Counted from the whole stretch's first letter, positions 24,998-40,198 are shown. The stretch is DNA of 63,902 nucleotides, filler included, from Octopus bimaculoides (GCF_001194135.2; 6 parts of 6 records of this genome joined end to end with filler, not necessarily neighbours in it), one strand, 5' to 3'. Translations and numbers: made by a program. Notes: a model not told the origin generated them from the letters alone.

Positions 24998-26489
24998 CTG
25001 AAAGTAAAAAAAAAAAAAATATATATTATTGTTAAGTAACCAGTTTAATTTAAAAACAAAAATTTATGATACAGACAGAGCAGATCAATACTTGGGATAA
25101 GTCAAATACAGTGACTCAGTTTTAGGTACTGAACCACAAAGGTAGGAGTCATTCTGTAGTGTTGCTATTCAACTCAACTGATTGGCCTCCATCCTCTGTA
25201 ATTACATGGCATTCTGTCAATTATAAGAACTTTTCTTTTGCTATTTTCTAAGTTGGCAAGAGCGGATATTTTTAACAAATTTGTATATTTGTTTACTTCA
25301 GTCTGATTTCACAAAAAAAAACATGTGTCCCACACAGCTTTAAAGGGACATATGGTAACAATTCATGAGTAGCTACCCTAAAACCATTCCTGATAAATGG
25401 TAGAATTGGTAGAGCACCAAACAAAATACCTGGCAATATCTAAATTCTTTTACATCTTGAGCCTAGAGACAATAAAAAATTGGCCATATATTGATATAAG
25501 AAATCATAACTAGCTGGAACCATGAAAAATTCACGGAAAATATAAAGAATGTAAGCATCTGTAAACAGTGTACTGGTGCCATGAGAAATGTTTGCATATT
25601 ATGACAGTCTGTCTTTACGTTCTGAGTTCAAATTCTGCCAAGGTCGACTTTACCTTTCGTTCTTTAGGGGTTGATAAAGTGCCAGTTGTGTACTGGGGTC
25701 GATCTAATCAACTGGCCCCCTCCCCACAAAAATTTCAGGCCTAGAAAAGTATATTGTGACAGTTACAGAATATAGAAAGTAAAAACACCAATGACTATAT
25801 AATCCANNNNNNNNNNTATGACAGTCTGTCTTTACGTTCTGAGTTCAAATTCTGCCAAGGTCGACTTTACCTTTCGTTCTTTAGGGGTTGATAAAGTGCC
25901 AGTTGTGTACTGGGGTCGATCTAATCAACTGGCCCCCTCCCCACAAAAATTTCAGGCCTAGAAAAGTATATTGTGACAGTTACAGAATATAGAAAGTAAA
26001 AACACCAATGACTATATAATCCAACCAAAATATCTGTTACACAAACGTAAACGGAATTACTATTTAACCTTAAAATGCATCTTACACATTCAAAGAACAA
26101 TCTTGGTTTAGTTGTATGGAACGTTTTTCTGGTAGTCTTTTATTCTTTCACTTGTTTTAATCATTTAGCGGTGGCCATGCTGGAGCATCACCCTTTAATC
26201 AAAGAAATTGACCCCTGGCCTTTTTCCCTGTAAGCCTAGTGCTTATTCTATCAGTCTCTTCTGAACAGCTAAATTACAGGGACGCAAATGCACCAACATT
26301 GGTTGTCAAGCAATGGTGGATGGGACAAACACAGACACATACATATGATGGGCTTGGAGGTAGCGGTGATGCTGGCAGGTGCGATTTTGTGGTTTGCTGG
26401 TATGCCGAGAGATCCAGCAGGTCCCTAACTGGTTCCCTGATCTTAAAGGTGTAATGTGGATGTGTAATGATGGAGCAGCTGGTGCAGTG

Positions 26490-26985
26490 GTCTTCCACAC
26501 AGTACTTCATGGTAGACAATATTTTGTGTGTATGTTACACCATGTTTTTGGCCTTGTTTGTTATCCCAGTTGAGTGTCATAACTCGTGCTCTTGAAAATG
26601 CAACATATAATAGGCCATGAGAAAATACTGGTTGAGGCAAATGTATTCCAACTTTTTTCAAATGTTTGCCCTTGAACCTTATTGTCACTGAAAATGCAAG
26701 TTGAAGTGGAAACTGAAGTATGTGTGAAAGGCATATCTGCATCACTTGGGCTAAGTTTAATTCTGGGAATTAGAACTGTACGGCCTCTGTTGGAGCCTGT
26801 TACCAATGATGCCTCTACACAATGTTCATGAAGTCTTTGCCCTTTAATGAGAGTTCCATTACATAATCCTTGACTGATCAAAAGATTTCTTAGCAGCATT
26901 ACAATAGCCCCTACTTTCAAGTTGAGGCGATGAGGAAGCATACCAGATGGATTGAGTGAGTTTATGAATTCAAATAGATAGCTCT
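26490..26985 (-). mobile_element. Helitron Pif1-type helicase C-terminal fragment (frameshifted)
   Basis: SLNPSGMLPHRLNLKVGAIVMLLRNL..GLCNGT, RTVLIPRI, QFPLQLAFSVTI, PVFSHGLLYVAFSR, TQNIVYHEVL. Confidence 0.92.
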
Positions 26986-27004
26986 GGTACACGACACTGC
27001 TTTT

Positions 27005-27204
27005 CCTCTTCCCAGGCTACAGGCCCACACCCCCAACACCCATACTGTTAGGATTGGCACTCTCAACGTCGGCACGCTGAAAGGTAGATCTGGTGAAATT
27101 GTTGAGATGCTTGAACGGAGATGCGTAGATATGTGCTGCATCCAGGAAGTAAGATGGAGAGGAGGTTCTGCAAGGTTCCTCACAGGCAAAGAACACAGGT
27201 ACAA
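27005..27204 (+). mobile_element. RTE-clade LINE 5' end (APE endonuclease N-terminus)
   Basis: IGTLNVGTLKGRSGEIVEMLERRCVDMCCIQEVRWRGGSARFLTGKEHRY; truncated by a gap. Confidence 0.88.
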
Positions 27205-27578
27205 NNNNNNNNNNNNNNNNNNNNNNNNNNNNNNNNNNNNNNNNNNNNTTAATTAATTAANNNNNNNNNNNNNNNNNNNNNNNNNNNNNNNNNNNNNNNN
27301 NNNNAAGACTTAAACAGAAACTAAAAAACAAAAACAAAAAAAATCAAAGGTTCGTTTCAATTCGTCAATCAAACTTATATGTTAGCTATATGGAAATTCG
27401 TTTCCATTGGTATTATTTCGTGAGTGTGTGTGTGTGTGTGTGCTTCGGTATATAATATATTTATATACCTATATGTATTTATACTTGCATACACAAATAT
27501 GTGCATATGCTATATATGTATATATATATATATATATGTATGTATATGTATATGTATGTATGTGTACACACACACACA

Positions 27579-27622
<44 letters not shown>

Positions 27623-27833
27623 CATGTATGTATGTATATATGTATATTTAAATGTACTATAAGTAACAAATTTGCACGAACCGTAAAGATGCATAAAAGC
27701 ACACGCATGTTAGAAATAAGAGCTAATACAATATGTACATATATGTGTATACATATACACACGCACACCCACATATATTCCATCTTCCCTCTTTCATTTG
27801 CCATAAATATATTCTATACACACACACACACAC

Positions 27834-27876
<43 letters not shown>

Positions 27877-29419
27877 NNNNNNNNNNNNNNNNNNNNNNNN
27901 NNNNNNNNNNNNNNNNNNNNNNNNNNNNNNNNNNNNNNNNNNNNNNNNNNNNNNNNNNNNNNNNNNNNNNNNNNNNNNNNNNNNNNNNNNNNNNNNNNNN
28001 NNNNNNNNNNNNNNNNNNNNNNNNNNNNNNNNNNNNNNNNNNNNNNNNNNNNNNNNNNNNNNNNNNNNNNNNNNNNNNNNNNNNNNNNNNNNNNNNNNNN
28101 NNNNNNNNNNNNNNNNNNNNNNNNNNNNNNNNNNNNNNNNNNNNNNNNNNNNNNNNNNNNNNNNNNNNNNNNNNNNNNNNNNNNNNNNNNNNNNNNNNNN
28201 NNNNNNNNNNNNNNNNNNNNNNNNNNNNNNNNNNNNNNNNNNNNNNNNNNNNNNNNNNNNNNNNNNNNNNNNNNNNNNNNNNNNNNNNNNNNNNNNNNNN
28301 NNNNNNNNNNNNNAAAAAAAAAAAAAAGCTAAAAGTTTATCCCAGGACACGGCAGCAACCCAATTCTCATTATTACCAAGTAAAAACAGAAAAAAAAACC
28401 AGAAAAAAAAAAACAGGAAAAAAAAAAACAGGGAAAAAAAAACAGAAAAAAAAGATGAAATAAAACAGGAAATGGCTTCTTTTCATCTTTCTAGAATATT
28501 CAAATTACCATTTTATTGCACGCTGAATTTTCCAGAAACATGAAACTATGTTTTTCGACCAATGATATATTTGTGTATATTTATTTCAAAGGATATAGAT
28601 ATTCTATTTCATTGTATTCTATTTCCTTTATTTTGTTAACTTTTGTCTTCTTTTTCTATTATTATTCTTTAATCATAAGACAGTGGCCATGCTGGGGCAC
28701 TACTTTTAACTCTTTAGCATTCGCAATACCTTATCAAGTTGAATGCTTACTTATTCATAGTCCATAGGTCAGGTAAACTGTCTTTTTATTTATAGCCTGA
28801 TGCCTCACCTCCAATAATTTCCTGATTTATAAAACAACACATGGCCTGGACAAGTTTATATGGAAAATTGGAAACAAACGACACCATTTAAATGAGCATT
28901 TTGTTTACGAAGACTCCACCCTGTATTAAGAGGTGTCAAAAAAGAACTAAACATGCCTCCATAATGGACTGCAAACAAATAACAGAGTTAATGAAGTCAT
29001 TTCACACAAACCAGTAAATGGGATATGTATATCAACTAAGAATATATGAATCCAGTACCAAAAACACACACACTCATATATATATATATATATATATCAA
29101 AAAATAAGCAACACGGATTTCAAAGGTGATTGCAGTACGCACGTTTCATGCTACTTCAATTTATTTAAGTAATGCGAGCATTACCTTAAATGCAATATGA
29201 AGAGCAATCTTCAGCTGCACGAAAAATGCAGAAAAAATTACTGCAGAAAAGACATATTATAAATGTGGCAACATTTCAAATCCAAGTGGGAGAGAGAATA
29301 CATAAAAATCCAAATGTGAGGAAGAATACACAAGTCCATCTTGACATAGCCGAGTCTATCAGGCTAAGTCAATACAAGCAAGAAAAAACAACAATGCGAG
29401 GATGTGGAACAAGTATTGT

Positions 29420-29750
29420 GCCTGGAATCTTGGGGTTAGTAGCCCTCGCTCTTAACCACTACACCATATGCGCATAGGCAATTATGGAGTGAATTTTAGG
29501 GTTTATAAATCTAATATTTTCCTATCCTTCCTTAATACCGTTTCCCACATGCTGTTCATATCTGCACTCGGTCTGCTTAGGAGGTTGTTGTGTCCTAGCA
29601 TATGTGTTGCTTCTTTTAGTCTTCGTATTTTCCAGTAGTGTTTTCTGTCTATTATTTTAACTTCATCCCACAGGGAGAGGTGGTCTCCATTTTTCCATAC
29701 ATGGTCAGATGAGGACAAATATCCGTCAAATGTAAATAATGTAAATAAAA
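29420..29750 (-). mobile_element. Penelope-like element 3' fragment (GIY-YIG C-terminus)
   Basis: ORF 29503-29781 WDEVKIIDRKHYWKIRRLKEATHMLGHNNLLSRPS; terminal motifs shared with the 59808-60299 palindrome. Confidence 0.75.
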
Positions 29751-29756
29751 GGGTAT

Positions 29757-29995
29757 TGTTTCTTATTTCATTATTGCCCACAGGGGGCTAAACATAGAGG
29801 GGACAAACAAGGACAGACAAAGGGATTAAGTCAATTACATCGACCCCAGTGCGTAGCTGGTACTTAATTTACCGACCCCGAAAGGACGAAAGGCAAAGTT
29901 GACCTTGGTGGAATTTGAACTCAGAACGTAACGGCAGATGGAATAGCGCTAAGCATTTCACCCGGGGTGCTAACGTTTCTGTCAGCTCACTGCCG
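29757..29995 (-). mobile_element. SINE (same family as 16232-16464)
   Basis: Reverse complement matches 16232-16464 along its length. Confidence 0.8.
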
Positions 29996-30084
29996 TACTG
30001 TTTCTACTTCACAGATTTTCACCTATCACGGGGGGGGGGGGGATTTTGGAACATAACCCCCCACAATAGTTGAGGGATTACTGT

Positions 30085-30272
30085 TGTGCCGGTGGCACGT
30101 AAAAGCACCCAGTACACTCCCAGAGTGGTTGGCGTTAGGAAGGGCATCTAGCTGTAGGAACTCTGCCAAATCAGATTGGAGCCTGGTGTAGCCATCTGGT
30201 TTCACCAGTCCTCAGTCAAATTGTCCAACCCATGCTAGCATGGAAAGCGGACGTTAAACGATGATGATGATG
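30085..30272 (+). mobile_element. RTE-tailed SINE 3' part
   Basis: Same sequence as 1258-1436 with (GAT)n tail. Confidence 0.8.
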
Positions 30273-31519
30273 AAAGTTTAAAATATGACTAACCCAGATA
30301 TTAACTATAAGTCTAAATGAAATTCCTTAGATAATGGACTCTACCACAGATTATACTGGTAATAATAAAACAAACAAGTATAGAAATGCAATGTTTTGTG
30401 GTATAATCCAATTATTGGATTATAGATATCATTCTAGATTACAGGGAACTTCTTTTCTGCATTGGATAGATACTTTCCTAAATTTAACATGTACAAGATC
30501 TTTAATAGATATACAGTGAAATTATTACATGCAACATCAAATAATTTAGATTGATAGGAAACAAAACCAGGAGATAATTAATTGGGAGAGAGAGGTAAAG
30601 TTAGAAATATTCCTTCAAATAAGAATTACAATTGTAAGGAAGAAAGCATTCAAATTCATCCATTTGATTCTAATATAAATAATAATAATAATATAGAAGA
30701 TAGCAAGAATAATACTATTAATTATGGATGTGATGAAAATTCCAATAATAATTGTACTATAAATAAAAACAACAACAACAAGATGGAAACTGAAAGAAGC
30801 CTGTCGTATATATGTATATATACACATGTGCGAATGTATGTGTGTGTATGTATGTATGTATGTNNNNNNNNNNNNNNNNNNNNNNNNNNNNNNNNNNNNN
30901 NNNNNNNTTAATTAATTAANNNNNNNNNNNNNNNNNNNNNNNNNNNNNNNNNNNNNNNNNNNNGTGTGTGTGTGTGTGTGTCTGTGTGTGTGATGTGTGT
31001 GTGTGTTTGTGTTAGTACCTGCGATGGCAGTGATCACCACTGATACTGCAGTTAATACACAGTGGATTCAGTAGTCGTGACTATTTCAGTTGAACTTTTT
31101 ATTGTTGTTGTGATAATTCTTGTTGATTTTCTTCTTTTTCTTCTTTGTCGTTGTCATGATCATCATAACTGATTTACAACTACAGCACCACCACCACCAC
31201 TAGCAACAACAACAACAACAATCTGCTGTATTGTTGTGACTAATTACGACAATATGTTTATTCTCAGCAAATACTCAGGGTCACCAACTACATAAAATAA
31301 CAAATAAGTCAATGTGAACGTATTTAGCGTAGTGAACATGAAATGATTATTCAAGTAAGTACAGTGGGTAATTTCCGATCTGTTTCGGTGTTGTTAGATG
31401 TCCTCGTTGAAGCATAGATTTCACTGTATCTAAAAGATAGTGACAAGAACACCACAAAACGCGCCAATTCTTTACTATACAATAAATTCACGAATAGTTA
31501 ACAATGTTAGTTACTGAGC

Positions 31520-31940
31520 AAGTAATATTCGTCCCAAATTTTGGCACAGTTCGAGAGAGAGGTATCGACCTCACTCCTCAACTGATACTTATTTTATCGA
31601 CCCCGAAAGGATGAAAGACAAAGTCGACCTGGGCCGTATTTGAACTCAAAACGTAATGACGCACGAAATGCCGTTAAGTATTTTGTCCCAAACGCTAACG
31701 TTTCATATTTCTTTATTGCCCACAAGGGGCTAAACATAGAGGGGACAAACAAGGACAGACATAGAGCTTAAGTCGATTACATCGACCTCAGTGTGTAACT
31801 GGTACTTTATTTATCGACCCCCGAAAGGATGAAAGCAAAGTCGACCTCGGCGGAATTTGAACTCAGAACGTAATGGCAGACGAAATACCGCTTAGCATTT
31901 CGCCTGGCGTGCTAACGTTTCTACCAGCTCGCCACCTGAT
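31520..31940 (-). mobile_element. Two adjacent copies of the same SINE family
   Basis: Both carry ttatcgacccc(c)gaaaggatgaaa...aagtcgacct...ttgaactca...aacgtaa. Confidence 0.75.
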
Positions 31941-32160
31941 TGAGTAAGCAATATTATATACTATTTTCTTCATAGTAGATTTATTTCTGTAAGAAGCTAT
32001 CNNNNNNNNNNNNNNNNNNNNNNNNNNNNNNNNNNNNNNNNNNNNNNNNNNNNNNNNNNNNNNNNNNNNNNNNNNNNNNNNNNNNNNNNNNNNNNNNNNN
32101 NNNNNNNNNNNNNNNNNNNNNNNNNNNNNNNNNNNNNNNNNNNNNNNNNNNNNNNNNNTA

Positions 32161-32211
<51 letters not shown>

Positions 32212-34840
32212 GTGTATGTGTGTGTGTGTGTGTCTGTCTGTCTGTCTGTCTGTCTCCCATCACCACTTGACAACTGGTGTTTGTGTGTTCATGTCCCAGT
32301 ACTATTGAGACTCGGCAAAAAAAGCTCAATGAAATAAGTACCAGGCTTTTAAAATAAATCCTGGGGTCGATTTGTTCGACTAAAACCTTTCAAGGCAGTG
32401 CTCCAGCATGGCCACTGTCAAATGACTGAAACAAGTGAAAGAATAAAAGAATAAAGATGATGAGATCAACATTCAAATTGAATGTCTTGTTCTATTTGAA
32501 AACTATTGCGAGTATTATTTAAAAAACAAATGATTATATAATAAGAAAAAATGAATGGGTAACAATTATTTGGATAACAAAAATTACCATCCTCAGAGAG
32601 AGGACATTTTTTAAAACGATCTCAAAAGTCTAGCAAGTTTGCAGAGGTGACTAATTGTCAGGAATCCAGCAAATATAAATAAGATCTTCCAATTCATGGC
32701 GGCACAGAAAGTTTTAAAATGACAAAACTTTATAACTGTCTTTTATCTATATATCTTTCTCTCTTCCTTGCCTCTTTTTTAGTTTTTGCCTTTGTTTCTA
32801 TTTTTATTTAAGACTGTCTGTACAGTCTTTCATATTGTACCAGTTTAAAGCAAATGCTTCAATTGATTAAATAAGTAATTAAGCGATAAGTAACTTAACT
32901 ATTATACGAACAGGCTTAACATTTAAGGTGGAATCATTTCACTTGTATTGAAATGTTATTCATATGAGAAAATTGATAAGTATCAAGTCTTTGTGAAAGG
33001 GTTGATTTATTCAACTATATCCTGCCACCAAATATTCTGTTTTGGGATAATGTTAGCAGTCAAGAATGGAGTTATCCAAGATGCGGAGAAGCGGAGATGG
33101 TAGTGTACGACCACTATCTTTGGGAATATAAAGTTATGTCTTCTTACTAAATTCTTACATCAGAGTTGAAGAAATGAATGAGTACATGCCATATAATGGT
33201 CTCCATTAAAACAATTATTTCGCTACATCCTGAAACAAGACATCGTTCCTATCTTAGAAAAACATTAAGTTCTTTATTACCAGCTTTTGTGCACGAAATA
33301 ACTGGTATATTCTGTTGCTAAACTACACCGTTCAGATAGTTATAATACATCGATAGAAATACCTTCTCCGTATTTTTAGACACTGATAAGTGAAAGTAAT
33401 ACTTTAAATAGTTTAGTCGTGAAGTCATAAAAAGTTACAAAATATAAATACTCTTCGGGCTTTGATGACTGGATTTGGACGGTGTCCAGAAGACAAACAC
33501 CTGTGTTCTCAGTTGTTATTTAATCATGACTTACTGAAATATTAACATCTTAAGCTCTAGTATTTTACATGAAATTACAAGTTAGATTAAACAATTAGAT
33601 CGCCACCTTTTGCAGTTAACTACATTAAGTTCAATCTAGTTTCTGTTTTGAGATAATGTTAGCAATCAGGAATGGAGTTATCCAAAGATACGGAGAAGCA
33701 GAGATAGTAGTATACGACCACTATCTTTGGGAATTATTGTATAATCTACACAACTAGCAGCTGATGCTTGCATTCATGTTTTCACGGTTCAAGCACGGAT
33801 TTCAGAATCGAAAACTTCAAGGGAATCTGATGCCTCCAGCGGCGTTCAGTTACTGATATATGTTTCTAAGGTTAGTCAACTAAGTTAGTGCCTGATATTA
33901 TATTGGAAGTGTCGGCGTTAATAAATTTCCCAATCAAAACCTATAAATGTACTTACATTGAGGATTATCGCAGTAAAATAGTATAAAAAGCATGAAAATA
34001 ATATCACCTGTGGTGGGATTTGAACGCTGAAACCTCTGATATGGAAAGTAATTTGATTCAATCGCATTAAGCACAGAAATCTTAGATGCAATGAAATAAG
34101 TAACGCATTAAGAAAATTAATTAATTTGTAAAGAAAGAAATTGATTAGTTGCAGTTTGGAATGGTGTCGCTTTAATAGGACTTCCCTAGTTTGCCGTCTG
34201 AATGTCATAATGTGGACATAGTTGTAATTACAGTAATAAATACTATGTACAAATTGTACAGTAGTCTTATATATTAGAGTGATATAATAAAATATATTCA
34301 AAGATCTTTCCGTTTTGATGCTTGCGAAATAATTAGTAGATTACATAGTCGGACATGCAAATAAGGATAGAATTCTCATAAAATAACTATATATAAGTGG
34401 AATAGATGCTAAGAAAACATTATGTTATGACCAACTTTTATTGAATAATTACCGACAACTAATTCTTAAATAACAAGATGCTGGATGGACATTTAAAGAT
34501 AAAACCGAGAAAATTAGAATTTTCAAGTGTTCAATGCATCAGAGTGATTATTACAAAACCCTTATAATGTAGAATTAAAAGAAAAATATGCTTAAGAAAA
34601 CCGTTGGATTAAGTTATCATCGCATGAAAAAACGAATTTAAAAACATTCAATGCTTAAATTTACAAGGTATAATTATGGAAAATCTCGTTAGCGTTAATT
34701 GAGAACCCGTGCATAGCGGACGCTTGAAATGCCACCTCTCTATCACTAATTGTTAGCGTTCGAGAAAAGAGGAAGAATTTCATACCTCTCTTCTTTAATC
34801 TTTCCCTCTCCCAGTCTGTCTTTCTCTACCTCACCAATGT

Positions 34841-34885
<45 letters not shown>

Positions 34886-34888
34886 CTC

Positions 34889-34923
<35 letters not shown>

Positions 34924-35265
34924 TTCTAATTTGATCATAACGCAAGGAGAAAGCATTACTGCCATACACTAAAACGATGGGGATCCAGAGAAGGTGGTGA
35001 AACAGATATCATTTCTCATCCTAAATTTAAGCTTTCGTTAAATGTTGTTGTTATTTTTTTGTTGGCGAGGTTGATGTCGGTCAAATGAGTTTAAAAAAAG
35101 AAATATGTCCAAGTTTAATTATTACAGTTCGGTAGACCGCTCAATACATTGTCTGCTCTATTTAAATATCCTTTCATATCTTTCCTTGCACACACCTTCA
35201 ACAATGCAGTCAGCTCTCAGCTGGTGTGCATGGTGTAAGCGTGGTGCGTGTGTGTATGTGTATAT

Positions 35266-35302
<37 letters not shown>

Positions 35303-35767
35303 ATATATATATAAATATATATATGTACACACATACATATATTTATTTATATATATGATATATGTGTGTACTTTTGTGTCTGTATATATGCATAGAGAAA
35401 GAGTGCGAGAGAGGGAAGAGAGAATAAGGCAGTGAGACTGGGAGAGTGGTGAATGATAAAGAGATAAAGCTTGCGTGTACGCGTGTATGAATGTTCATGT
35501 ATGTATATATAACTAGACTGAGACAGAAATATGCAGATGCACATTCGCATAAACATGCACAAATACAATTACATTTGTAATAGTGATACATGTTCATACA
35601 AATGCCTTTACAAATATATACATTTACAGAAACACACCCTTATAGAAAGATTCTTCATACAGGCGCAGAAGTATAAATGTAGACACATAATCACATAATG
35701 ACAAGTATAATGCAGTCACGATATAATCATATGCAGACGTCCATACACAAACATATATATTATGTCA

Positions 35768-35839
<72 letters not shown>

Positions 35840-36076
35840 CATCATCGTCATTATTATTATTATTATTATCATATTATTATATTATATTAAGTTTCCTTAG
35901 AACATGCAAGAAGTTTCATCTAGAAAATAACAAAATTACGTCCTGGAATCTTCACTGATTTGAAATATAAAATAACACACTCTGTCTTTAAACACTTTGA
36001 GTACTGTTGTTTTGATTCGCAGACACGATAACTCAATGACGAACGAAACCTGCATTGCTCTTTCTCTTTCTGTCTT

Positions 36077-36151
<75 letters not shown>

Positions 36152-37479
36152 TTGTCTCTGTAGGTGAGGTACATAATAAACATAATATAGAGTTAGAAAT
36201 GGGAAAGAAACTGTCCCTATTTGTGTTTATATTCGTGGATTTGTTGTATGTCATGAAACTCATTAGTTTAGCTAAGTTTGTGTGTCGTGAGAAGAGAAGG
36301 AATATAAAGTTTAGAAATGCATCCAATACTTCAGCTCGCTCCATTAGTAATATGTGGTTCGTTGAGAAAGATTAGAACACAGGTAGATTTAGTGTAGTTA
36401 ACCGTACTTAGACCTGCTCTGAAGAGGTTTCTGTTCGAAAATCTATGACGAAACAGTAGAGAAGAGAAGAGACAAATAGACAAAAAGAGTGACAGAGAGA
36501 TAGAATGGAAGGAAGAAAGCGATTGAAAATAAAGAACGTGAGAGAAAAAGGAAGGAAGTGACTGGGACATTGTAATTTAAATACTCATATAACTCCTCCT
36601 CAGTCCTAAATGTGACAATTTCAAAGACAGCCTATAACATATATAACCACACGAAGACTTGTTTAAACGTATTCAGTGATATGCTTAAACAAATGCATAG
36701 AGAACACACATTACACACTCGTAACCATCGTTATGAGCACGATAAGAATTAGTGAATGCGCGGCCTACGATTACAGGCTGAATAATATGTAAGCTTCCAA
36801 AGACGGAAAATCCTCTACACTTTCAAAGTCGATGTCATTTCGCACCTTGTACAGAGTGTGCGAAAGTCTATGAACAATACAGCCAAACTAAAGATTAAAA
36901 TTAAAAAAAAAAAACTATCTGTATGATGGATTTGTATGACAAGTTATATTTCATAGTTTATCAAAGCTACTATTTGTAAACTTGTATAAATATTGAGAAA
37001 ATAAACAAAAATACTTAGAAAATTTCGTAATTAAAATATTGGACAAGTTTTCCCCTATGCATGCACACGTTTTTTTTTTTTATATGCATGCCAGTGTGTG
37101 TGTGGAGGGTGCTTGAAAAACGAAGAGAGCAATACATAACTTTCATGTCTACCCAAGGATCTGAGCGTTATAACCCTTACCGAGCAGCCACCTAGACTAC
37201 ATGCTCCGGTTGACTAGATTTCCTTTCTACTCAATATTGGGTTACAGCATTTACATTATTTAAGGAGAAAAGTGTGTGTGAAATGCTTTCCTTCTTTTTC
37301 TATTTCTTTTATATCATTGCAGAATTTTTTCTTTTTTTTTCACAACGAATTTTATATTTAATACTTAATACTATACCTGGAAATGCACCATTAAATACTA
37401 TAATTGGGAATGCACCATTTCATAATCTCGTACTTTTTCGCTGCAGACTACTAAAGGTTTTACAAATCTGTTGATATTG

Positions 37480-38460
37480 CGTGACTCGTTTCTCATACCT
37501 TCTGTTTCAGCTCTTCCATTACCGTAATAATCTTCTCTCTCCCGATATTGCTCTTCCCTGCAAGTTGTCCAATCTTTCTCTTTTTCTATTTCTTAATTCA
37601 CCTCGTTTTTTCTCTTTCCATAGTATATATATATCTTTCCTCAGTATTTTTATCTACCCTTCAATTCTACTTTTCCCCTTTGGTTTCTTGATCTGCTTTT
37701 GTGTTGTCAGTTTCACACCTAACATTTTAGCAATGTAGATTCTTGCAACACTGATGAGATTGTTGATATCTATGAAGGTTCTAGTGGGCAGCTTGTCAAG
37801 GATGTTGTTTACTTTGTTATTTCTTCTAGCTGACGTTGGTTTGCTTTTTAAAATTGTCTTAGGATAACTGTCTCCTGATTGAGAGATCTCCAATATATCA
37901 GTAATCATCCGTCTGTATTGTCCCCATATGTCCTTCGTTTCATTGATGTTTATGTTACCTCTCGCTTCATCTCCAGTATTCAGTTTCATCTCTCCCCGTT
38001 GGATTCCACTATTTTCCATTCTCTCATCTCTATTTGAGTCTCCAGCATCCCGAGCTTCTACCCACCTAGCTTATTGTTCTCTTTATCATTTCAACCTCCA
38101 TCTCAGATAGCCATCTGTTTTTACGCATTGCCCTTGCCTGATCATAAATCTTCTGTTAATCCAAAGAACCCTATCTTCTGCCAAACTTGTGACACCCTTT
38201 GTCTATATCCTCTAATTGGCACACCATTTCCATTTACAGGCTTGCTTCTAAAATAACACTACATTATGATCTTGTTTACTTCCTTACTCCACTATATTCT
38301 AGCAGTATTGTGACGACAACTGGGCCTGCGCTGCTCACCCCCAGTACACCTGCCGGACGAGGCACTTTCACTAGAAGCTCCAGCACCATTCACGTTTCGG
38401 TGCAAACAATCGTTTTCATTCATTTCACTCATTGCGGTTAGTGGTCTTACGGTTCCACGA
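37480..38460 (-). mobile_element. R4/Dong-like LINE, 5' ORF fragment
   Basis: Decayed WSKEVNKIIM..CYFRSKPVNGNGVPIRGYRQR and NNKVNNILDKLPTRTFIDINNLI..IAKMLGVK segments resembling the N-terminal region of R4/Dong ORFs. Confidence 0.65.
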
Positions 38461-38814
38461 CGAGTGGTGCTTTTTTTCTTTATTGTTTTTGAGACACCAT
38501 CTCTAGATGGTGACATAAACGATTTTAAAGGCCCCCGAAAGCTAAATTTGAAGGGAGCTATCCTGTTATGGTCACCAATCCCATACTTTATACTCTGCAG
38601 CGGCAGATTTTACAAAATTTTGGCATGGCCACTGACTCTCCTCAGTACCTCCGACCTTTTACGGGTTTAATTTTTCATCCCGCACGATGTCCAAAAATAG
38701 CTCTTCTTACCAAGCAAGCTTCGTGGGGTTGCCGGTTTAGACGCCGAGAACTTTACCATGCGACATATTGTACTGGGTTACATGTCACCACTAGCACTCA
38801 AGAGCGACCTGACA

Positions 38815-39431
<617 letters not shown>

Positions 39432-39795
39432 GGCTGCTCTTGTCAGTACTTGTTAGCACGATCTTTTGGATTTCTCTGAGACATGGTTCTCCTGGAGGTA
39501 TTATCTGACATCCTTTTTTTATCATACCTTTGGTCAGTAGTTCATAAGATTTTTCGTGTCTCCAGTTTTTGGTAGCAGGTATATTGTTCTTTCGGTCAGT
39601 CAGGCAGGTATTTGCTCTGGGTTCTGGATGACATTAGTTAGGGATGCAACAAAACGTTAGTGCACTTCTGCCAACAATTCAGCCAGAAGTAAGTTATCTG
39701 GTCGGGTCCTTGAGTTTTCCATTTGTGAAACTTTCTAAGAACACATCTTAGGTCTTCTACTCCTCTTGCTTCCCATTTCTGTCTGCTCTTCAACT

Positions 39796-39800
<5 letters not shown>
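39432..39800 (-). mobile_element. Internally deleted R4/Dong-like LINE fragment
   Basis: LRKFHKWKTQGPDQITYFWL (RT N-terminus) joined to PGEPCLREIQKIVL (RLE C-terminus); (TAA)n on both sides. Confidence 0.7.
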
Positions 39801-39862
<62 letters not shown>

Positions 39863-40148
39863 CATCATTATTATTATTAGTAGTATTATTATTATCATCA
39901 TCATTATCATTATTATTATTATTATTATTTTAAAAGGATTGACGTAACTCTTCACAAAGGCAAACAGTCAAGACGAAGAGCGCGATTCGATTGCAAGATA
40001 TTTTATTGGTTGAACGATATTTCAACAGTTCGTCTGTCTTTGTCAAGTTTAAAATGAGAAGTGATAAAAATTCAAGATTATAGAAATTTGAATTATTATA
40101 ACTTCTTATTTTGAACTCGACAAAGACAGTCGCTCTTCGTCTTGTCTA

Positions 40149-40149
<1 letters not shown>

Positions 40150-40198
<49 letters not shown>

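Noticed and set aside
25600-26023. Exact 207-bp tandem duplication
   Set aside because: The copies flank a 10-N gap; unmerged contig overlap.
27249-27260. Recurrent TTAATTAATTAA motif
   Set aside because: Always centred in a 100-bp N block; assembly spacer, not biology.
28790-28900. PPII...H...TSLYGKL peptide resembling ABHD2 exon 2
   Set aside because: In-frame stop, wrong spacing and phase, no WGKSGH; such a match is expected by chance in 64 kb.
29295-29340. DGLVYSSSHLDFYV on the minus strand resembling the eIF3[15 protein letters not shown] exon
   Set aside because: Stops immediately upstream, no matching splice sites, not collinear with the other exons; probably chance.
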